A stretch of 64,000 nucleotides of DNA from Hormiphora californensis (Eukaryota > Animalia > Ctenophora): positions 7,626,001 to 7,690,000 of the forward strand of contig CM035358.1 of assembly GCA_020137815.1 (NCBI GenBank), written 5' to 3'. The position numbers were made by a program, and so were the translations under genes. The notes beneath the pieces were generated by a model. It was not told the DNA's origin. It searched no databases and saw only the letters and a program-made list of their open reading frames with translations. Positions 59,386 through 64,000 of this stretch are shown here, one piece after another; the stretch's first letter is position 1; every line of letters begins with the position of its first letter.

Positions 59386-59608
59386 GGGTCCAGTTAGAGA
59401 TTTTGCGACTGATGTCAGTTACAATGAAGCAGGCCCCTGCTGACACTGCTGACACTGCCGCGCGCGCTACTTTAGATGCAAATCACATCGAAAACCCTGC
59501 TAGTCAACGAAGATTTGGCGCGCACAGGGACTCTCCCAGCTTGCGCCAGTTGCAGACTGGAGGCTGGCGCCAGAAACTGGAGCCAGCCTCCAATCTGCAA
59601 CTGGAGCG
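59386..59608. mobile_element. 223-bp MITE copy 2 (apparently identical), intronic
   Basis: Same sequence and orientation as 58743-58965, with flanks TAA/TTA. Confidence 0.88.
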
Positions 59609-60958
59609 TTATGTAGATTATTTCGAGTTAATCATTTCTTCAGTGGTTTTCGTGCCAAGTTAAACCGTGTTTTATCAAGTAACAACTGTGCCCCTGGTGG
59701 AGCAGTGTGTGAAGGGATCGTGCAATCGAATCCTAATTGTGAAAAGTTAGATATTATTTGTTGCTAGAAACATAACCGCATGTCTAAATGTATAATGCAT
59801 CCCTAATCATAATTATACAACTGCATCCTAATTTAATGATCCTCACCCGATATCCACATAACAAGTCCTGATTTTATCATGATCTCGCCCTACTGATCCC
59901 TTCAAATTCTGATCCCATTATTCCAGGTACGGTAAGGACTCACTCCAAATGGCGGCCAACAAATCAGGAGATAGATCTTGCAGGTGCAACATGAGCCCTT
60001 CCTTAGAGATGAGATGTGAGTTATACAAAGTAGTGGGTGGTGTAGTAGGTGGGGGATGTCAATTGTCAATGGAGTAGAATAATTTATCAATTATGAGATG
60101 TAAGTTGGGGGTGAATAATTATTTTGGTGTACAATATTGATTGTATAATAATTTACAGTAATTTCTCAATTACGAGATTAATTTCACAATCTAACGATAT
60201 TTCATCAGCGGAACAGGATAAACTAAGGAGGAACCTATCTGTTGAGATGATTCTACCTGAGAAAAACAAAATCTGGTCCAGGTAATAAACACAGTAATTA
60301 TATGCATATATTCGATATTATCTACCCCAGACTGTTTCTCTATTTTAAAAAACATGGTACCTACTACCCTGCAGCTTTTTAGTATTTTAAATTCATTATT
60401 GGCCAGTTTTACTGATGACTTAATGTTATGACAACCATGCATGGTGATATTAAAGTAGACAGAAACCCCTCTTGGCACTGTTGATAAAAAATTACAGTTC
60501 AGCACTGTACAGATCTCTCTTTTCCGCGCCTTACGTCGGGTTAGGGTCTACATGTTAAAGTATGTCTCTCACTTTTCTCTCACTTTTCTCCCCCTTGTAG
60601 GAGACACTCGAAACCTTAAAACTAAAGAGAGTATTATATATATTGAAGGAGAACCGAGAGAGATAGGGGAAAAGAGAGAGTGAGAGAAAGAGAGAGAAAC
60701 AAAAATAGAGGGAGAGATACATTCTTGGTTTAAACTGATCAGCGCTCTTTCTGAGTCGTTCTTCGATCTAATTTATATAGCACAGCACTGGTGTTCTTGT
60801 CGAAATGGTAAAATAAAATGACAGATCTCGATAACAGATAATGGATTGTAAAATCAAGCTTCATTATATCCAAACACAGAAGCGGTTAGCGGTTGGGTCA
60901 CATGCCGGGTGATAGTAATTTACAAGTACTTATCCTTGATTTGAAATAGTTACAGAAG

Positions 60959-64000
<3,042 letters not shown>

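Larger units (their letters stand above)
58654..59983 (+). pseudogene. CTR/SLC31 copper transporter, 5' part; exon 1 interrupted by a MITE; the MxxxM helix and TM3 exons were not found in the window
   Basis: Without the insert, exon 1 reads MMDHSNMNMNNDTDMNNMNNDDGDQGMDHNNMAATSHG. Exon 59167-59291 reads SVFVVSKVATILFDGLTTTSTAGMGLAFVVVFLVAVIYELL (CTR TM1). Probable further exons at 59644-59745 and 59927-59983. Confidence 0.78.

Overview
Eukaryotic (animal) genomic DNA that is gene-dense, has short GT-AG introns and is rich in (AG)n microsatellites. A compact-genome invertebrate such as a ctenophore is my inference; it is not shown by the sequence. Left to right: a 5'-truncated RTE-clade LINE; a perfect 42-bp x25 tandem array; a copine gene (- strand, 3' end outside the window) with a long GYPPQQP-type N-terminus and two nested genes (a rhodopsin-type GPCR and a membrane-anchored histidine phosphatase); eIF3i and CSE1L in tight tandem; an orphan MGCGCS-protein gene head-to-head with WDR19/IFT144; an RFX1/2/3-type gene starting <500 bp after WDR19, with two candidate first-exon routes and many X-box-like sites; a CTR copper-transporter gene interrupted by a MITE; and an intron-rich IS630-Tc1-mariner transposase gene with duplicated CXC domains. 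The most notable patterns are (i) repeated tandem amplification of splice-site cassettes next to real exons, (ii) acceptor-like AGs just upstream of many start codons with operon-like spacing, suggesting trans-splicing, and (iii) a compact ciliary cluster (orphan-WDR19-RFX). Gene models were built by hand from GT/AG sites and reading-frame phase; no database search was run.
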